From IMG/VR virus record IMGVR_UViG_2731957969_000006: a stretch of DNA of 64,000 nucleotides; one strand, 5' to 3'. Numbering within the stretch: position 1 is the first letter of the stretch; every line of letters begins with the position of its first letter. This stretch comes from an uncultured virus (IMG/VR IMGVR_UViG_2731957969_000006). Taxonomy: Duplodnaviria > Heunggongvirae > Uroviricota > Caudoviricetes. The notes below the pieces were generated by a model. The model had not been told where the DNA came from. It searched no databases and saw only the letters and a list, made by a program, of their open reading frames with translations. The translations under genes and the position numbers were made by a program. Shown here in pieces: positions 58,770 through 64,000 of the stretch.

Positions 58770-60256
58770 CATTATTAGACAGCGCCATTGGTTATTTTGC
58801 TCCAAACTGGCAAGCCTCGCGTCTCCGCTCTCGCCTACAAATTAAAGCTTATGAAGCCGTTTTACCCACTCGTACTCATCCCGCTAAACGTGAAAATCGT
58901 AATGCAAACCAATTGACGCAATTTGGTGGTACTTCCTTACGCGAGCAAGCGCGATGGCTAGATAACAATCATGATATCTCTATCGGTATTCTCGATAAGA
59001 TGGAAGAGCGCATTGTCGGGGCAAAAGGCATTATTGTTGAGCCTCAGCCTCTCGATGGTGCAGGGCAAATTCATGAAGATTTAGCCTCACAAATTCGTCA
59101 AGCCTGGGCGGAGTGGTCAGTACTACCCGAAGTGACAGGGCAATTTAGTCGCCCTGTATTAGAGCGTTTACTGGTCAGAACGTGGTTGCGTGATGGAGAA
59201 GTGTTTGCTCAACTGGTCAAAGGTAAAGCCAAAGGGCTAGATCCTCAAGCCAATATCTATTTTTGGCTCGAAGCCTTAGAGCCTGACTTTGTGCCGATCC
59301 ACATGAATATGCCTGAAAGCAAGATTATTCAAGGCATTAAATTCAATGAGTGGGGGCGACCCACAGGGTATCAGGTATATAAAAATCTCCCTCAATTTAG
59401 TGCCAATTTAGGGGATATCAAAACCATTGATGCCGAAAATATGTTGCACCTGAAATTCACTCGTCGGCTCCATCAAGCGCGAGGTGTCAGTTTGTTTTCG
59501 GGGATCTTAATGCGCTTAAGTGCGTTAAAAGATTACGAAGATGCAGAATTAACCTCAGCACGTATTGCAGCTTCATTAGGCATGTACATCAAAAAAGGCG
59601 ATGCCGGCTCTTTCCCTGAGGGTGACTATGACGAAGATGAGCAACGTAATATTGATATTCAGCCGGGCATGATTTACGACGGTTTAAAACCGGGTGAAGA
59701 AGTCGGCATGATCAAATCAGACCGACCCAACCCCAACCTACAATCGTTTCGCAATGGACAATTACGCGCGGTTTCTGCAGGCAGTCGGGGGAGTTATTCC
59801 AGTATCGCCCGTGACTATAACGGTACGTATAGCGCTCAGCGACAAGAGCTGGTGGAGTCATTTGAAGGTTATAACATTTTCCAAGATACCTTTGTGGCAG
59901 GCATCACACGTCCGATGTATCGCAATTGGTTAAAAATGGCGATAGCCAGTGGTGTGGTCACCGTTCCACCTGATGTTGACCCTAAATCCTTGTTTAATGC
60001 GGTTTACAGTGGCCCTGTAATGCCATGGATTGATCCGAAGAAAGAGTCTGAGGCTTGGAAAACCTTGTTACGTGGTGGTGCGTCAACAGAAAGTGACTGG
60101 ATACGCGCCAAAGGGGGCAACCCTGCGGATGTGAAACGTCGTCGTAAAACCGAAATTGACGAAAATAAACGATTAGGACTGGTATTTGATACTGATCCTG
60201 CTAATGACAAAGGGGCACAAGATGCTAAACAACAAGAAATCGATGATGATGCCTAA
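58766..60256 (+). CDS. Portal protein, lambda family
   Basis: LREQARWL, RDGEVF, YSAQRQ, PWIDPKKE. Confidence 0.93.
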   Translation: MTLLDSAIGYFAPNWQASRLRSRLQIKAYEAVLPTRTHPAKRENRNANQLTQFGGTSLREQARWLDNNHDISIGILDKMEERIVGAKGIIVEPQPLDGAGQIHEDLASQIRQAWAEWSVLPEVTGQFSRPVLERLLVRTWLRDGEVFAQLVKGKAKGLDPQANIYFWLEALEPDFVPIHMNMPESKIIQGIKFNEWGRPTGYQVYKNLPQFSANLGDIKTIDAENMLHLKFTRRLHQARGVSLFSGILMRLSALKDYEDAELTSARIAASLGMYIKKGDAGSFPEGDYDEDEQRNIDIQPGMIYDGLKPGEEVGMIKSDRPNPNLQSFRNGQLRAVSAGSRGSYSSIARDYNGTYSAQRQELVESFEGYNIFQDTFVAGITRPMYRNWLKMAIASGVVTVPPDVDPKSLFNAVYSGPVMPWIDPKKESEAWKTLLRGGASTESDWIRAKGGNPADVKRRRKTEIDENKRLGLVFDTDPANDKGAQDAKQQEIDDDA

Positions 60257-62209
60257 AATGTCCGGGCCAGTAAATCAAAAAAGCTGGTTTCGCATGCAGG
60301 CTAAAGAAGACCAAACGGCGGATATCTATATTTATGATGAAATCGGTGGGTGGGGAATTAGCGCAAGACGCTTTACGGAAGATTTAATCTCTCTGGGTAA
60401 TCTCAGTCATATCAATCTGCATATTCACTCCCCCGGTGGTGAAGTGTTTGATGGTATCGCCATTTATAACCAACTTAAAAACTACTCTGCAACAATTACG
60501 GTTTATATCGATGGTTTGGCCGCCTCAATGGCCTCAGTTATTGCGATGGTCGGGGATACGGTCATTATGCCGAAAAATGCCATGATGATGATCCACAAAC
60601 CGTGGGGTGTCTCATGGGGAGATGCGAATGATATGCGTGAATATGCTGACTTACTCGACAAGTTAGAAAACGTATTAATCCCTGCTTATGTGGCGAAAAC
60701 AGGGAAAACAACCGAAGAAATTACCGCCATGTTAGAGCAGGAAACATGGCTTGATGGTGACGAGTGTGTTGAACACGGTTTCGCCGATAAAGTGATTGAG
60801 CCAGTGAAAGCAATGGCAAGTCTTACATCTAAACGAATTGAGGAATTTTCATCTATGCCAAGTGCAATTAAAAATCAAATTACCCCCAAAAACACTACTA
60901 AACCTACGCAACAGCCTCAACCAAATTCTTCACCAGAGCCACAGCCTAGCGCCTCCTTTGCGGATGAGCAAACACGCTTAAATGGCATTAAAGATTTATT
61001 TGCCATGTTCGGTGGTCGTCATAATGAGCTAATGATCACGTGTTTAGCAGATGCGAACTGTTCTGTTGAAAAAGCGCGTGAGCAATTGCTCAATACGATT
61101 GCACAGCAACAAAATCCTGAGCCATCCAATAAAGATAATGCGCATATTTACGCAGGAAACGGCAATATCGTCGGTGACAGTGTGCGCGCCTCTGTGATGG
61201 CGCGTGCGGGTTATCAGGATTATGAAAAAGATAACGCCTATAACAGCATGACACTGCGTGAGTTAGCACGCGCATCACTGACGGAGCGTGGTGTTGGCGT
61301 GGCTACGTATAATCCGATGCAAATGATTGGTATGGCCTTTACGCACAGCACCTCTGATTTCGGTAATATCCTGCTGGATGTCGCGAATAAAGCGATTTTG
61401 CTTGGTTGGGAAGAAAATGACGAAACCTTTGGAAAATGGACGAAAAAAGGACAACTCAGTGACTTTAAAACTGCACATCGTGTGGGGTTAGGGGCATTCC
61501 CTTCCTTACGTAAAGTGCGTGAAGGCGCTGAGTATAAATACGTTACGTTGAACGATAAAGGCGAAACCATCGCGCTGGCAACTTACGGTGAATTATTCAG
61601 TATTAGCCGTCAAGCTATTATCAATGATGACATGAATATGTTGACGGATGTACCAAAGAAATTAGGTGAAGCAGCGAAAGCCACCATCGGTGATTTGGTG
61701 TATGCGGTACTTATCGACAATGAAAAAATGAGCGATAAAAAAGCACTATTTAGTACCGATCATAAAAACATGCTCACGGGCGGGATGGATGTAGAAACCA
61801 TCAGTGCGGGTCGTACTGCTATGCGTCAACAAAAAGAAGGCGAACGAACACTCAATATTCGTCCGGCATTTATGTTGGTACCGACCACACTGGAAACACA
61901 AGCTATCCAAGTGGTTAAATCGGGTAGTGTGAAAGGCGCAGATGTTAATGCCAATATCATTAATCCAGTGCGTGATTTAGCGGAAATTATCGCCGAACCT
62001 CGGTTAGATGAAGCTAGTACAAAAGATTGGTATATGGCCTCACGCAAGGTAGCGACACCATTGAAGTGGCGTACTTAAATGGGATTGATGTGCCGTATAT
62101 TGATCAACTAGAAGGCTTTACCTCTGATGGTGTCACGACAAAAGTGCGTATTGATGCGGGTGTAGCGCCAGTTGATTATCGCGGTCTACTGAAAGTGACG
62201 GGTAAGTAA
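60222..62209 (+). CDS. ClpP-like protease / major capsid fusion; 1-bp deletion near 62045
   Basis: HSPGG, AASMAS, MIHKP; the capsid C-terminus TIEVAYLNG..VRIDAG continues in another frame. Confidence 0.88.
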
Positions 62210-62238
62210 GACGTCTTTTTTCTTCGTTTTATCCTGAT

Positions 62239-62258
62239 GCCCTGATGGGCTTTTTTTA
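62239..62258 (+). terminator. Terminator after the capsid gene
   Basis: GCCC-TGAT-GGGC plus T-run. Confidence 0.65.
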
Positions 62259-62297
62259 TATCTAAAATCCGGTGCTTCGGCATCGGAAGGAGTTTTT

Positions 62298-62639
62298 ATG
62301 GCTAAAAATTATGTACAACAGGGTGGCACAATTGCAATTGCCAACAATACAAAAGAGATCATTAAAAGTGGTCAATTGGTACACGTTGGTGCGGTTGCTT
62401 GTGTTGCGATCACGGATATTCAACCTAACGAAACCGGTGATGGTTTTGCAGAAGGTGTTTTCTTACTGAACAAGAAAACGGGAATTGCCTTAAAAGCGGG
62501 AGTAGTGGCCTCTGTTAAAGACAATGTTGTGGTGGATACTGGTGGTACACCTGCCGGTGTGGTTTGGGATGATGCGGATGCATCGAGTGAACATGTCACG
62601 ATTAAACTCAATGTGTTCGCACCAGCGGGTACGCCATAA
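62298..62639 (+). CDS. DUF2190 capsid cement protein
   Basis: MAKNYVQQG..EGVF.L.K. Confidence 0.85.
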   Translation: MAKNYVQQGGTIAIANNTKEIIKSGQLVHVGAVACVAITDIQPNETGDGFAEGVFLLNKKTGIALKAGVVASVKDNVVVDTGGTPAGVVWDDADASSEHVTIKLNVFAPAGTP

Positions 62640-62650
62640 GGTAGGAAACG

Positions 62651-62923
62651 ATGAATCCATTTGAACGGTTGGTAAAAAGAATGGATAACGTGACCGAAGA
62701 ACGGATGGGGGTTCCCATCCGTATAAATGGTGTTTTTTATCAAGCACTCGAATCTCACTTTATCCCTGAATTGGGACCGATGAGTGGTGACGGGGTGAGC
62801 TATGTTGTTTTTTCTTCAACATATCACCCTAAGCGCAGTGACGCCGTAGAAATTGAGGGGGAAGCCTATCAAGTCACTCGACACCAAAAGTTTAATGGGA
62901 AACCACATATTTGGATCAAATAG
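62651..62923 (+). CDS. Head-tail joining protein (FII-like)
   Basis: Position; NPFERL..MD pattern. Confidence 0.65.
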   Translation: MNPFERLVKRMDNVTEERMGVPIRINGVFYQALESHFIPELGPMSGDGVSYVVFSSTYHPKRSDAVEIEGEAYQVTRHQKFNGKPHIWIK

Positions 62924-62932
62924 GTGGGTGAT

Positions 62933-63496
62933 ATGAAAGGGTTAGCGCAAGCCATTAAAAACCTGAATAGCATTAATGATGAAATGGTCCCGAAAGCAAC
63001 GGCAATGGCGATTAACCGTGTTGCTCGCCGTGTCATTAGCCATAGTGTTAAACGGGTTTCAGCCGAAACCAAAGTACCTCAACGCCTGATCCGTCAACGT
63101 GTTCGACTTAATCGAGCGAGTAGCTGTTATAAAACGCCTCGCGCTCGATTAGTGATAAATCGGGGTAATTTGCCGGCCATTGCCCTAGGTAATGCGCGCG
63201 TTCAGCTATCAAGAAAACGAGGTAATCAGAAAGGCGCTGGAAGTGTTTTGAAGGTGGGGAGATTTTCTTTTCCTCATGCTTTTATTCAACAGCTTGATAA
63301 TGGCCGTTGGCATATTCTTCAGCGAGTTGGTCAAAGCCGTTATCCCATCGAGGTGGTGAAAATTCCGCTCGTCACACCGCTAACAACAGCTTACACCGAA
63401 GAGTCAGAGAAATTGCTTCAATCTGATATGCCCAAAGAAATGGCGTCGGCCTTAAAGCAACAGTTACGGCTTTATATAAAAGGGAGGGTTTGGTGA
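62933..63496 (+). CDS. Minor tail protein Z
   Basis: INRGNLPAI, RYPIEVVKIPL. Confidence 0.88.
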   Translation: MKGLAQAIKNLNSINDEMVPKATAMAINRVARRVISHSVKRVSAETKVPQRLIRQRVRLNRASSCYKTPRARLVINRGNLPAIALGNARVQLSRKRGNQKGAGSVLKVGRFSFPHAFIQQLDNGRWHILQRVGQSRYPIEVVKIPLVTPLTTAYTEESEKLLQSDMPKEMASALKQQLRLYIKGRVW

Positions 63497-63890
63497 TCAA
63501 ACATACACAGATCCGACATGCAATTAAAGAGGCGATTGAGCCTCATGCCAATGGGGTGACAGTCTTTGATGGTCGCCCTTTTTTGTGGATGAAAACGACT
63601 TTCCAGCCATTGCGGTGTACATCACCGATGCTATTTCAACAGGTGAAAATCTCGATGAAGATAGTTGGCAAGCAATTGTGCACATAGAAGTTTTTCTCAG
63701 TGCGAATAACCCTGATGCTGAGTTAGATAAATGGGTTGAAGCCGTGATTTATCCTGCGCTGACCTCCATTCCCGCACTGTCCGAGCTTATCGAGAATATG
63801 ACCCCTAACGGCTACGACTACCATCGTGATGAAGAAATGGGGTTGTGGGGGTCGGTCGATCTCCATTATCAAATTAATTATTCAATGTAA
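63493..63890 (+). CDS. Tail terminator gpU; 1-bp deletion in the T6 run at 63579-63584
   Basis: KHTQIR..FDGRP / PAIAVY..GYDY.RD. Confidence 0.85.
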
Positions 63891-63901
63891 AAGGGATCAT
63901 T

Positions 63902-64000
63902 ATGCCTACACCAAACCCATTGGCACCCGTAAAGGGTGCTGGTACCACGCTTTGGATTTATAGCGGTACCGAAGACCCATTAAAAGATCCGTTTACTGAT
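63902..64000 (+). CDS. Major tail tube protein gpV (partial)
   Basis: [20 protein letters not shown]. Confidence 0.85.
   Translation, partial: MPTPNPLAPVKGAGTTLWIYSGTEDPLKDPFTD

Larger units (their letters stand above)
42528..64000. mobile_element. Prophage 2, with lambda-type head and tail; continues beyond the window
   Basis: int-xis-cI-rep-Q-MTase-lysis-terS-GpA-W-portal-ClpP/capsid-FII-Z-U-V. Confidence 0.9.

Noticed and set aside
2022..63072. Many short antisense or alternate-frame ORFs in the track (e.g. 3818, 16338, 22643, 28476, 31653, 51554, 61238, 62420)
   Set aside because: Shadows of well-supported genes, without SD or motifs; only the nested Rz1 lipoproteins were accepted

Overview
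AT-rich enterobacterial DNA (Proteus-like, by inference) made entirely of lambdoid prophage sequence stacked at the 3' end of icd. It has three parts. (1) A near-complete HK97-type siphoprophage (1-39783; its left att lies outside the window): int/xis, early-left genes, immunity, replication, Q, lysis, head and tail, plus two orphan fimbrial-type cargo genes. (2) A ~2.9 kb collapsed remnant between two displaced icd 3'-end copies (39619-39783 and 42528-42692), holding a tail-gene fragment, an HNH-like gene and a gene with an (ATGG)5 repeat at its start codon. (3) A second prophage (42528 to beyond 64000) with a stripped, AT-rich control arm (no cro or cII; extra XRE/XRE/Ner regulators), a methyltransferase and lysis cassette almost identical to those of prophage 1, several morons and a lambda-type head module. 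The main leads are: a moron with a multi-hairpin ~170-nt leader that buries the SD of a Cys/His repeat protein; an unannotated 52-aa membrane gene conserved in both lysis cassettes; an FtsK-gamma/TM/periplasmic moron; an SOS promoter aimed at an apparently uncleavable repressor; and fimbrial cargo inserted into relic tail-fibre ends. Six genes carry single-base deletions in short runs, most likely sequencing errors. All product calls come from recognising motifs by eye; no database search was run.
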